From: Ferruginibacter sp.
GTDB taxonomy: Bacteria > Bacteroidota > Bacteroidia > Chitinophagales > Chitinophagaceae
Length of the DNA: 64,000 bases
Assembly (NCBI GenBank): GCA_046596255.1
Contig: JBKJMZ010000013.1
Coordinates: forward strand, 263 to 64,262
Reading direction: 5' to 3'
Below, in pieces: positions 10,501 to 19,486 of the stretch. Made by a program: the position numbers and the translations under genes. The notes beneath the pieces were generated by a model that saw only the letters and a program-made list of their open reading frames with translations, made no database searches and was not told the origin of the DNA. How positions within the stretch are numbered: position 1 is the stretch's first letter; each line of letters starts with the position of its first letter.

Positions 10501-11230
10501 TCTGCGGTACAGTGCAAAGGATATCCGGGATCTCAGCAACAAATTAAAAGAAAAATTTCACGATATTATTATAGATACTCTGTTCAATGAAAATGTTACG
10601 ATCAGCAATGTAAAAGCACTAAAACAAAAACTACTCCGAACAACTGTTAATGATAAAGTGATCATTTCTTACAGCGGACATGGAATGTTGAGCAAGGATT
10701 TTGATTATTTTCTTTCTACCTATGGGGTGAACTTTGATAAGCCTGAAGAGAATGGTTTGGCTTATGATGAACTGGAAAGCTTACTGGACAGTATTCCGGC
10801 CCGTAAAAAATTAATGTTGATCGATGCCTGTCACAGTGGTGAGGTAGATAAGGATGACCTGGTTGCCATGCATGCAACTGATCAAAAATTGATCAAAGGA
10901 CTTAAGCCCGTGGCTTACAAAAAGGAGGGCCAGTTAGGATTGAAGAACAGTTTTGAACTGATGCAAAGCCTTTTCGTGAATGTGGGCAAGAGCACAGGTG
11001 CTACGATCATCTCTGCAGCCGCAGGTACCCAGTTTGCGCTGGAAGGGGTGGATAACCTTCCAAATGGTGTTTTCACCTACTGCATTTTGGAAGCCATGAA
11101 TAAATATCCTAAAATGAAGATCAGTGAACTGAAAAAGATTGTGGGTGATAGAGTTGTAGAAATCACCAAAGGCTTACAAAAGCCAACGAGCAGGAATGAA
11201 ACTGTCGCGGTGGATTGGGAAATATGGTAA
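7586..11230 (+). CDS. Exported beta-propeller (WD40-like) / caspase-like (peptidase C14) fusion protein, paralog 3
   Basis: 1214-aa ORF. Signal peptide (..GTYSKA|QQP). The first blade resembles paralog 2 (ILPIGHTEDIYS...AAYDNTAKLWDAYSG). Many FSPDG/SADGK-type repeats follow. Linker FDQFDLQLNRPD / AYKKAYSKRVKR. Caspase module from nt 10454 (YFIGIGIDQF ... SYSGHGM ... DACHSGE ... VDWEIW). Confidence 0.85.
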   Translation: MPTKFLLILIIYTSFTGTYSKAQQPEIILPIGHTEDIYSTSYTKDGRFIITAAYDNTAKLWDAYSGNLLHTFSGLFHTPGHIVNIGNTTFLSTDGKYLLTLTIDGFLQKWELQTIKLMYSIAVENAVATRIAYSANGAYLLLKRETYDGSHTEIIDALSGKRLYNLSGGGNKNNLIECSPDGRFILLQKNSLLFLYNAANGKVLKKLDPPRNFNDAFFSPGGKYIVILQPNSSLLNLWRVSDGSLHKVSVSGTFEFSPDSKYILSTNNKRLHLINTESGDVVHQFEEMISNKMLGHFSEDGNHIYLTRNRQLIRGDEPYDSVTLIWETATKRLVHTLRGNGYDMHTVVFSADNRYIATVAGNAVVWDAETGKLINSFEGQQVDFSPDGKTLTVTGKREALVFSLGLKEKLAELKGYSNNISSAIFSPNGKLLLTLSNELNAKLWDVGTGKIINTFKDASEINNAALSNDGRFMLITTAKKLTKLINLATSKAEYVLDQTGINSASFSPNGQQVITTSEDQLITSWEAATGKLLKKIKEEYAVSDAAISADGNFAYYVFGQSAAAVLEFTTGRIFKIYLGDENIVRCRFSADGKRILVLGEKGTARLYETSTEKMIAQFSEGSKTEYGVSYLGGYNYRNLWQSRYRHFSADGKYLVFRTYFDKYLVVRNMDDLGVIDTIHLNSGLINDIGFIPGSSLLVTGSLDDTIRIWQKKKSRFEVVKKFVGNGFEYSADGKKLLIINKVQLIFYDIPEDRILYKALAINESDFFTQLPGKPFYAATKEAVKNLGFRVGKEYFSFDQFDLQLNRPDIVLTGIGFADTSLITAYKKAYSKRVKRSGLKTREFSERINLPVVQVNGREPYGEIKHSVLTFQFTAYDQQQLLDRYDIAVNDVPLYGINGYSLRSLHTKRITKKVSIPLSEGINIIKITAVNGNADESFKKTLLVTHPGDKKLQAPKLYFIGIGIDQFANSNYNLRYSAKDIRDLSNKLKEKFHDIIIDTLFNENVTISNVKALKQKLLRTTVNDKVIISYSGHGMLSKDFDYFLSTYGVNFDKPEENGLAYDELESLLDSIPARKKLMLIDACHSGEVDKDDLVAMHATDQKLIKGLKPVAYKKEGQLGLKNSFELMQSLFVNVGKSTGATIISAAAGTQFALEGVDNLPNGVFTYCILEAMNKYPKMKISELKKIVGDRVVEITKGLQKPTSRNETVAVDWEIW

Positions 11231-11332
11231 TAGCTTTTCATATAAGCATTCTATACATTGTTTTTTGCGGATAAGAATGAAGGAACTATTTTTAGATACT
11301 AAAATCATTGTTTACCAAAACTTCATCATACT

Positions 11333-12850
11333 ATGCTAAAGTTGATCTCTGCGTTTCTACTTGCAGTTAGTTTTATGTTTACTGCTGCTGCACAAAATTC
11401 TCCTGCTGTTAAAATGGTTGACTATGCACTTAGTGCTGTAGTAACTGTTGCTATTTACGAAACCGATGTGGCCATGAAACCCATGGGCTTTCGTGGCAAC
11501 TCAAATGAACTGGCTTACAGTAAAGCCCTGGACCTTACCGGAGCCAAAAGCAGCGGGTCGGGGTTTGTAATTAAAAAGAACAACAAATTATACGTGGTCA
11601 CCAATGCGCATGTAATACAGGATGCGGCAGAAACGGATGGCAGTATATATATCTACAGCATTGGGTATAAAAAATACAATATGAACCTGGTGGGTGGTGA
11701 TTCATTTTATGATATTGCCGTGTTGGAATTTACTAATGAACCCGGTTCAGAAATAACCAGCATTAAATTCAGGACTGCAGATGTGAGTGTTGGTGAACAG
11801 GTTTTTGCCATTGGCAATCCGCTGGGTGATTATCCCTATTCCGTTACTGATGGCATTATTAGCGCAAAGAACCGGGTAAGAGGCGGGCTCACCGGAAAAT
11901 TTGGTTTCCTGCAGTCAACGGCAACAGTTATCTGGGGTAACAGTGGTGGCCCCCTGGTTGATATTGCAGGAGATGTGGTTGGCATCAATTCGCAGATCGC
12001 ATTTGCAGAAAGAGGGAATGATCAAATTTGGCAGCCGCAAATAAATTTCGCATTGGAAGCGGGGCTTTCGGAAAGACTGGTAAATGACATCATCAGCAAT
12101 AAGGGGCTTATTAAAAGAGCGTACCTGGGTGTTGAGATATCGCAACTTAAAGTAGATTCTTATTACGAAAAAAAATATGGTACCAGTGAAAAGGAAGAGA
12201 TCAGTCCGCTGCCTTTCGTAAGTGCTGTGTTGCCCGGGAGTCCTGCTGCTTCAGCATTATCAGCATATGTTGGTTACACAATTACCTCAATAAATAATGA
12301 GTCTGTGCGAAACGTTGAAGAAGCGCTTGGTGCACTTGAAATAGTAAAGCCTGGTGAGGAGATCAATTTTAATTTAATAAAGAATGGGAGAACTGCTGTT
12401 GTAAAATTAAGATCGGTAACTTCTAATGTATCAACCAGCAGCGCAATTGGGAAATATGCTGTAACCCAATGGGGAGGCAGATCGTCCGGCATCAACAATA
12501 TGCTCTCGTTAAATTTCACCGATAAAGATGCGTATGTAAGTTTCCGCAACAGGTCAACCGAAAGTATTACTTTACTGGGTAATAAAAATGCACTTCAACA
12601 GGATTTTTTATTCAATAATGACTGGATGGTTGTGGCTGCAGGCATTGTTTCTGCCAATGGCAATTCGCTCTGGAAAGTAACTGATGATGCAGATCTTGGT
12701 GCCGCTTTGCGCCTTACGGGATTAAGCGGCGTGATTGACCTGGTGCTATTTGCAAAAGGAACAGATGTAAACAATCAAAATAATTACATTGTAAAACGAT
12801 TTAAACTTTCAGGCAGGGATAATACATTTAAGCAAACGCTTTGGTATTGA
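11333..12850 (+). CDS. Exported trypsin-like serine protease with PDZ domain (HtrA/DegP-like, S1C-type)
   Basis: 505-aa ORF. Signal peptide (..MFTAAA|QNS). Catalytic-triad contexts VVTNAHVI (His), YDIAVLEF (Asp) and GNSGGPLVD (Ser). PDZ-like segment (AYLGVEISQ...LPGSPAA...ITSINNESV...EINFNLIKNGR). About 150 aa of unassigned C-terminal sequence. Confidence 0.85.
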   Translation: MLKLISAFLLAVSFMFTAAAQNSPAVKMVDYALSAVVTVAIYETDVAMKPMGFRGNSNELAYSKALDLTGAKSSGSGFVIKKNNKLYVVTNAHVIQDAAETDGSIYIYSIGYKKYNMNLVGGDSFYDIAVLEFTNEPGSEITSIKFRTADVSVGEQVFAIGNPLGDYPYSVTDGIISAKNRVRGGLTGKFGFLQSTATVIWGNSGGPLVDIAGDVVGINSQIAFAERGNDQIWQPQINFALEAGLSERLVNDIISNKGLIKRAYLGVEISQLKVDSYYEKKYGTSEKEEISPLPFVSAVLPGSPAASALSAYVGYTITSINNESVRNVEEALGALEIVKPGEEINFNLIKNGRTAVVKLRSVTSNVSTSSAIGKYAVTQWGGRSSGINNMLSLNFTDKDAYVSFRNRSTESITLLGNKNALQQDFLFNNDWMVVAAGIVSANGNSLWKVTDDADLGAALRLTGLSGVIDLVLFAKGTDVNNQNNYIVKRFKLSGRDNTFKQTLWY

Positions 12851-12921
12851 TCACTATTTATCGTTTAGAACCTAATTTCTCCAAGGGTAAAAACCGGTAA
12901 TGATTAAAAAAATCCCTGGCT

Positions 12922-15900
12922 ATGCATAAAAATACCTTTCGCATTGGAATACTCCTGTTTTGTATATTCCTGGCAGAGATAAGCCCCGCGCAGGATATAA
13001 GGATCGTGCCAAAAGAGAGGTCTTTCCTTTATTTATTAGGAATGAGCGTGAGCCCTTCAGGTTCATACATTGCATCCCGTCTTTTGGAGTCGAAGCAGGT
13101 TTCCATTTTTGAATCGTTTTCGGGAAAAGAAATAAAACGTATAGACCTTGGCACACGGCCCGAGAAGTTTTATTTTTTGAATGATGAATACCTTCTGGTT
13201 ATTTTTAATTTCAATATTGTAATCATTGACACAAGGGATAAGACCACTGTAGCAGAATGGAAATCAGATGACAGGATATTTAACGTTGACTTTAATTTGA
13301 AGAACAAGGTATTGGCAATTTCAACCTTATACAATACTGCTACAATAAGCTGCACAGGCAGCAGGTTCAATATTCTTGCCTCCATCCCTTCAAAAAAGAG
13401 TGACATTTTATCCATTTCTGAGAATGGGCTTGTGCTTGCAGGCCTACAGGAAAATAAGATCGTTTGCTGGAACGTAAATGATCTCCAGGTTAAGGGAAGC
13501 ATAGATACTGCGGGTATCCATTCTTTTGAAGCAGTTTCATCCGGAATCATTGCTATAAAAAAAGACCCATTCAGTTATGCGTATTATAATTTCGACGGAA
13601 CACTGCGATCTGGATCTGGCTATAAAGAAATAAGAAATGTGTCCCCAGCCTATTTCACACACCTGCATTCCACTGAAGGTGGATTTTTTGTGGAGGCATA
13701 CAAAAAGATCGTATTTATTGATAACGAAGGTTACCAAACCATCTTAAAAACGGCTGACCAGTATAAAGAGATGCAGTATAATGAGGCTACAGGTAAATTT
13801 ATAACCTTAGGCTTCGATAATATCACGGTGATGGACATTGAAGGTGCTGTATATGCAAAGACTGCCCTGGATGATGTTTTGCCTGTTGATATGTATTATG
13901 ATACCACGTTAGAAAAAAATATGATCGCACTGGATAGCCAGGTTGTATTTGCCGAAAGCGGGAAAGAGGTGCGGAAATTTATGTTGAAGGGGAATTATGT
14001 AACCAAGGCAATTGAAAAAGATAACTGGCTGATCGTGCCGCTGGCAGATGGACGCATTTCGATCTGGGATATAAAAAAAGAAAAGCTACTGTATGATATT
14101 AAGCATGGCCAGATCCCTTACCTCGTAGTACCGGATCACAAGAATAACTGCCTTTACACCTCGGTATTCCAGGATAGTGCTGTTTACCGGGTAGACCTGG
14201 CAAAGGACACCAAACAATTGATCTATAAAGACAATGCACCCATAACAGCACTTGCCATAAAAAATGACCAGGTATTTATTGGAAATACCAGGGGCGAAGT
14301 AAAAGCCACACTGCTACAGGGAAACAGCCTGCTCGTTAAACACAGGGCCAGCCTGTTTGGTAATGGGATATCTAAAATAACTATTGCCGGCGATAAGTTA
14401 ATGATCGGCTCTTACGGCCGCATGGGGTATATAAAAACTGATCTCAGTGATTCTGTGAACACGCCATTATTTGTCGGGCATAATGGATTGATAAAGGATA
14501 TTGTGATCTCTGCCGACAAGCGTTTCTTTATTTCAAGCGCACAGGATAAGACCATTAAACTGTGGGACCTCGAAAAAAACAGGCTTGTACAGTCCTACGA
14601 TCTTGATTCTGTGGATGCCGATCGATTACAGTTAGTAGGCAACACGGAGTTCTTATTTTATGGCGCTGGATTTTTAATGGGCGCTGTTACAGATAGTGTA
14701 TCAGTAAATGCATTCATGAATCCCGGCAATGAGATCGTGGTGCAATCTCCCAATAATAATTCACCCTTAAAGATGGCCATTAATAAGGAAGGTACCCTGC
14801 TGGCTGCTGTTGATAATAATACGGTAAAAGTACGGGACCTAAAGAGTGGCTTTTTGATCAGTGAATTTTCAACCCAAAATAAAACGGTGAACGGGATAAC
14901 TTTTACAACCGATGGTAAAATGATCGCTGTTGCAGCAGGAGATGCTGTGGAATGTTTTGATCCCTTAACTGGTAAACTCATCCGGCAGATCGTACTGGAT
15001 AAAAGAGGCAGGTCGGTGCATGATGTGGAGGCTTATAATAATGCTATCGTAGCTATAAACAGTCATGGATGGCACAACCCGTTGATATTTCATAAGAATT
15101 CGGGGCTTAAGCTGGGAGAGATATGGTATAATGCAGGTGAACAAATGGACAAGCGAATTATGGATTTTAAATGTACGTCCAATGGGTCACTGCTTATTAC
15201 TTATGGTACCGACTTTATAAAAGTTTTTGAGAATCCACAAAAACCAAAGCTCATTTTAACCATTCCCCTCGCAGCACAGGGTAAAACCAATGAAAATTAT
15301 ATTGATTTCATGAACATCAGCCCCGATGAAAAATATTTACTGTATGATGATTTCACTGATGTTTCCACTTTGAAGATTGTGGAGATAGCAGGTGGTAAGT
15401 TATTAAAGCAACACAATGGTGGCATCGGGGCTTTTGGTAAAGATGGTAGATACATTTATGTGGCGGGCAGAAACCGGGTAGGATTCAGAAATATTCTTAC
15501 TGATTCTGTGCGTATCCTGGATTTTACCTGCGATGGCGATATCAATAATATTGTATACAACGATAAAGCCGACATTTTTGCTGTGAGTGATACCTGGGGT
15601 AATATAAAAATACTCGAAGGCCGATCGGGCAGTATCATTTCAGAGAACAGCCGCTGGGATCAGTACACTTATAATTCAATACTCTCTCCCGATGGCTGGT
15701 ATATGGTCTTCAATAACCGCTCTGGTTTATATACAATCGATCTTAATACGCTTAAGAGAGAAAAGATACCGGCAGAAAATTTTCCTTTATCAGGTGTGTT
15801 TTCTCCAGCATCCGACAAATTATACTTTAGAAATAAAAATACCTTTTATGCAAAGGAACTTGCCACCGGGAATATAGATACCATCTTTACAACATCCGTA

Positions 15901-18012
15901 AAAGAAAAAAATATCCAGTATATGGATATTTCTGCGGACGGAAAGATACTCTGGTTCGGCACTGCCAATGATGATATTATTTTTATTGATATTGAAACCC
16001 GCAGACAATTCTGGAGTATGAATAAATTCCGGGTGAAAGATTGGGACGGCTTTGTATTAAGAGATATGGTTTACAGGGATGGCAAATACCAATTACTGGG
16101 TGTGGGCATTAAAACCTATGGTAAAGAAAGTGGTTTCACATACATAACAGTCGAAGCAAATGATAATATGATCTCTATAAAAAGATCACCCGAGAAAAAA
16201 TTATTAAGAGAGGGAAAAGGCTTTGAACGTAAAGTGTTTGAAAGGGATGGGAAAATATTTGATATATCGCCCGATGGAAAATATTTCTGTTTTATGAAAG
16301 AACTGGAGCTGTATATCGTTGATCTCAAGTCAGGCGATACTGTTTTTAATCGTGATAACCCGATATCAGGAAGTATACAATCAGGTTTTTTTACAGCAGA
16401 TCAAAAGTTTTTCATAGTAGGGCTGGATGATGGCTATACGGAGATCTATGACTTGGGCAGGAAGGGTAAAAGTTACAAATATGGTAACGAGGCCAAAGGC
16501 TTATTGAGGCTGAAACGCTTCAGGGCCAATGAAAGTGGAGTTTCATATATGCAGGTAGCAGGCAACAGGTTACTGGTTAAAGGCAATAACGCTTTTATTT
16601 CATTGTTTGATATGAATAGTGAATTCAATAAGGAGCTGGATATGGATTTTATTAAAGATGCCGACCAGGTATTCATCAATCCGGAGGGATATTATTATTC
16701 AACCAAGAACGCACTTAATTATATAGCTTTTAAAAGAGACGTTTCCATTTATCCATTTGAGCAGCTGGATATAAAATATAATCGCCCGGATAAAGTGCTT
16801 GAATCTGTTCACAGTAAAGATGCCTCCCTGATCGGCTCTTACAAAATGGCTTATTTAAAAAGGATCAAAAGAATGAATATTCACGAAGCCAGTAACCTTG
16901 ATGTAAGCAATATTCCCCAGGCTGATTTTGCAAACAGGCTCAGCATCCCTTTTGACCAGACTACAGGACAGTTAAAGCTGAACGTAAAGGGAGGAGATAA
17001 TAAGTATGCTTTGGACCGGGTGAATATCTGGATTAATGATGTTCCCTTATGGGGAATGAAAGGGCTAAGCCTTCAAAACCGCAAGAGGAGCTTATATGAT
17101 ACAACCATCATGATTAATTTAACAAAAGGAAGGAACAAGATCGAGGTAGCGCTGACCAACAGCAACGGTGCAGAAAGTTTCAAAACACCATTAATGGTAA
17201 ATTATTCGCCGGTCAATACTATAAATGAAAAGGTCTATTTCATTGGTATAGGTATTGATGAGTTCGCAGACAATAAATACAATCTTAAATACAGCGCCAA
17301 GGATATCAGGGACCTTGCTGAAAAGTTCAGTGAGCAATATGGCAATTTAGTGATCATCGATACGCTTATAAATGAAAATGTAACTGTCAGCAATATAAAA
17401 GCATTAAAGAAAAAGCTGCTGCAAACAACAGTAAATGATAAGGTAATAATTTCATACTCGGGTCATGGCATGCTGAGCACCGACTTTGATTATTATCTTT
17501 CTACCTATGCTGTAAATTTTGACAAACCCGAAGAGAATGGCTTGTCGTATGATGCACTGGAAGACCTTGTTGATAATATTCCAGCCCGTAAGAAACTCCT
17601 GTTGATAGATGCCTGTCACAGTGGTGAGGTAGATAAGGATGACCTGGAGAGGCTTAATGCTACCCCCGACAGTTTAATAAAAGGGCTTAAGCCCGTGGGT
17701 TTTAAAAAGAACGGGCAGTTGGGTTTGAAGAACAGTTTTGAATTGATGCAGACCCTGTTTGTAAATGTGGGCAAGAGTACTGGTGCTACGATCATTTCAG
17801 CAGCAGCGGGTACCCAGTTTGCGCTGGAGAGTAATAATTTAAAAAACGGCATTTTTACTTACAGCATACTGGAAGCGATGAATGCCAATAGCTCGATGAA
17901 AATCAGCGAACTTAAAAAAATTGTAGGTGAGCGGGTGGAACAATTGACGAAAGGATTACAGAAACCTACCTCAAGAAGCGAATCGATTGTTGTGGATTGG
18001 GAAGTTTGGTGA
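12922..18012 (+). CDS. Exported giant beta-propeller-repeat / caspase-like (peptidase C14) fusion protein, paralog 4
   Basis: 1696-aa ORF. Signal peptide (..LAEISPA|QDI). About 1250 aa of degenerate propeller-type repeats with a few recognisable WD40 blades (GHNGLIKDIVISADKRFFISSAQDKTIKLWDLEKN). Shared linker (FEQLDIKYNRPD, SYKMAYLKRIKRM). Caspase module from nt 17236 (YFIGIGIDEF ... SYSGHGM ... DACHSGE ... VDWEVW). Confidence 0.85.
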   Translation: MHKNTFRIGILLFCIFLAEISPAQDIRIVPKERSFLYLLGMSVSPSGSYIASRLLESKQVSIFESFSGKEIKRIDLGTRPEKFYFLNDEYLLVIFNFNIVIIDTRDKTTVAEWKSDDRIFNVDFNLKNKVLAISTLYNTATISCTGSRFNILASIPSKKSDILSISENGLVLAGLQENKIVCWNVNDLQVKGSIDTAGIHSFEAVSSGIIAIKKDPFSYAYYNFDGTLRSGSGYKEIRNVSPAYFTHLHSTEGGFFVEAYKKIVFIDNEGYQTILKTADQYKEMQYNEATGKFITLGFDNITVMDIEGAVYAKTALDDVLPVDMYYDTTLEKNMIALDSQVVFAESGKEVRKFMLKGNYVTKAIEKDNWLIVPLADGRISIWDIKKEKLLYDIKHGQIPYLVVPDHKNNCLYTSVFQDSAVYRVDLAKDTKQLIYKDNAPITALAIKNDQVFIGNTRGEVKATLLQGNSLLVKHRASLFGNGISKITIAGDKLMIGSYGRMGYIKTDLSDSVNTPLFVGHNGLIKDIVISADKRFFISSAQDKTIKLWDLEKNRLVQSYDLDSVDADRLQLVGNTEFLFYGAGFLMGAVTDSVSVNAFMNPGNEIVVQSPNNNSPLKMAINKEGTLLAAVDNNTVKVRDLKSGFLISEFSTQNKTVNGITFTTDGKMIAVAAGDAVECFDPLTGKLIRQIVLDKRGRSVHDVEAYNNAIVAINSHGWHNPLIFHKNSGLKLGEIWYNAGEQMDKRIMDFKCTSNGSLLITYGTDFIKVFENPQKPKLILTIPLAAQGKTNENYIDFMNISPDEKYLLYDDFTDVSTLKIVEIAGGKLLKQHNGGIGAFGKDGRYIYVAGRNRVGFRNILTDSVRILDFTCDGDINNIVYNDKADIFAVSDTWGNIKILEGRSGSIISENSRWDQYTYNSILSPDGWYMVFNNRSGLYTIDLNTLKREKIPAENFPLSGVFSPASDKLYFRNKNTFYAKELATGNIDTIFTTSVKEKNIQYMDISADGKILWFGTANDDIIFIDIETRRQFWSMNKFRVKDWDGFVLRDMVYRDGKYQLLGVGIKTYGKESGFTYITVEANDNMISIKRSPEKKLLREGKGFERKVFERDGKIFDISPDGKYFCFMKELELYIVDLKSGDTVFNRDNPISGSIQSGFFTADQKFFIVGLDDGYTEIYDLGRKGKSYKYGNEAKGLLRLKRFRANESGVSYMQVAGNRLLVKGNNAFISLFDMNSEFNKELDMDFIKDADQVFINPEGYYYSTKNALNYIAFKRDVSIYPFEQLDIKYNRPDKVLESVHSKDASLIGSYKMAYLKRIKRMNIHEASNLDVSNIPQADFANRLSIPFDQTTGQLKLNVKGGDNKYALDRVNIWINDVPLWGMKGLSLQNRKRSLYDTTIMINLTKGRNKIEVALTNSNGAESFKTPLMVNYSPVNTINEKVYFIGIGIDEFADNKYNLKYSAKDIRDLAEKFSEQYGNLVIIDTLINENVTVSNIKALKKKLLQTTVNDKVIISYSGHGMLSTDFDYYLSTYAVNFDKPEENGLSYDALEDLVDNIPARKKLLLIDACHSGEVDKDDLERLNATPDSLIKGLKPVGFKKNGQLGLKNSFELMQTLFVNVGKSTGATIISAAAGTQFALESNNLKNGIFTYSILEAMNANSSMKISELKKIVGERVEQLTKGLQKPTSRSESIVVDWEVW

Positions 18013-19395
18013 TCAGTAATCAATTCCGAATAAAGAAAAACTTGCCCATTGTGAAGGCTTGGAAAATTTTTCCCTGGTGTCAAGCATGGCTAATCTTAAT
18101 GGTTCTGAAGGCATGAAGTAATGAGGGTCCTTAAGATGATGTACAAAACGGTTCATTAAATAAGCCGTGGCATTATCGTCAACGTTCCAAAGACTCATGA
18201 TCACATGGTCACTACCGCCCAACAGGAAACTACGTGCAAGGCCTGCTACACCAGCTTCCATTGATTTTCCCAGCCCGGTCTGACAGGCAGACAGGATCAC
18301 CATGGCCGGGAAATTATTTTTCAGGTAATTGCTGTCAGTTCGCAAAGCCATGATATTTTGGGCAGTTAAAAATGGATCTTTACCGCTCAATACCAGGAAA
18401 CTTTTTTCCATCGGCTTATCCTCATCCGCTATACCATGGGTTGCAAAATAAACTACATCTGCAGTTTTCATATACCTGATCACGCTGTCTTTAACAGCTT
18501 TGTTGCCTTCAAGTAATTTATAGGTTCCCGCGTATTTTATTGCAGTGTCAATTTCTTTTTTTGCCCCGGGCAGATCTGGGTAAACGAATTCCGTGCCTAC
18601 AGGATAAACCGGGTTGCTTATAAAAAGCGGGTTATTGAAAATAAAAGGACGTTTCACCAGTTCCCTGCCATCAAAGCCATATTCCGTAGCAGCTGTTTTC
18701 CTGATCACTTTTACTCTTAAACCAAGCAGGTCAAAAATACCGGGTACAACAGTTACACTGCAAAGATCAAGGAGCTGCAGTTCTTTTTGCCCAGGTTTGA
18801 GCAGGTAAAATGGAAAAGTGCCAATGTTCAGTGCAGGTATTATAAGTAGGTGCCTGTATTTTGCATTAAAGTTATCGGGTAATAATAATGAGGTGGCTCT
18901 TTTTATTACGTCATTATAAGTTATTCCTTTTGTTGCAGCCGCCCGGTTGATTTTAACTCCTCTTTTTACCGGCATCCTGTCTACTGATCCTGCATAGAGT
19001 TCCAGTACATGATTCATATCAATACTTAGCTGCAATAGTTCAGCCTTGCTGATCGTAAAAATTTTCTTCTCTATTACTTTACCCGGTTCAAAGAATACCC
19101 GCTGGAGGCGGCCCTGGTCAAAGAAGTAAAATAGAATACCAATGCCTTTATTTCTTGGGTAGATATTTCCCAGCATTTCAGCAAAACTTTCATCCGATGC
19201 AATATTCTGCGTATTGAATATTCTTGTCATTTCCTTTATCTCATCAGCAGGCATACCCCTTGTTGCCAGCAGGGATTCAACCTGTTTGCTATATATCCTG
19301 TATACATTTCCGGTATCACTCTTATTCAGTGTTACCTGAGCGAAACATAAAGACGGCAGTAAAAGAATAAGCAGGAATATTTTTTTATAAAACAT
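18013..19395 (-). CDS. Exported CHAT-domain (caspase-fold) protein
   Basis: The ORF runs to 19482, but the likely start is the ATG at 19395, which gives MFYKKIFLLILLLPSLCFA|QVT as a signal peptide. The C-terminal half has a CHAT-type His/Cys dyad context (VVYFATHGIAD ... MVILSACQTGLGK). It lies 91 bp downstream of the caspase gene on the same strand. Confidence 0.78.
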   Translation of the reverse strand: MFYKKIFLLILLLPSLCFAQVTLNKSDTGNVYRIYSKQVESLLATRGMPADEIKEMTRIFNTQNIASDESFAEMLGNIYPRNKGIGILFYFFDQGRLQRVFFEPGKVIEKKIFTISKAELLQLSIDMNHVLELYAGSVDRMPVKRGVKINRAAATKGITYNDVIKRATSLLLPDNFNAKYRHLLIIPALNIGTFPFYLLKPGQKELQLLDLCSVTVVPGIFDLLGLRVKVIRKTAATEYGFDGRELVKRPFIFNNPLFISNPVYPVGTEFVYPDLPGAKKEIDTAIKYAGTYKLLEGNKAVKDSVIRYMKTADVVYFATHGIADEDKPMEKSFLVLSGKDPFLTAQNIMALRTDSNYLKNNFPAMVILSACQTGLGKSMEAGVAGLARSFLLGGSDHVIMSLWNVDDNATAYLMNRFVHHLKDPHYFMPSEPLRLAMLDTREKFSKPSQWASFSLFGIDY

Positions 19396-19486
19396 AGATT
19401 GGGTTGAGGTAAGCGTTGTAATGTAAAAGCACTTTATTAAAAATAGCTTTAATAAAGGGCCTTCGGTATTTATTATTTCCAATAAT

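Noticed and set aside
478-13550. Long antisense ORFs inside the WD40-caspase genes: 478-1104 (208 aa), 3791-4402 (203 aa), 8608-9090 (160 aa) and 13170-13550 (126 aa).
   Set aside because: They are low-complexity mirror images of the WD40 repeats (recurrent PSGE/LSSE strings) with no recognisable domains. The sense-strand ORFs are 1100-1700 aa with clear motifs. The open antisense frames are best explained by repeat and codon bias.
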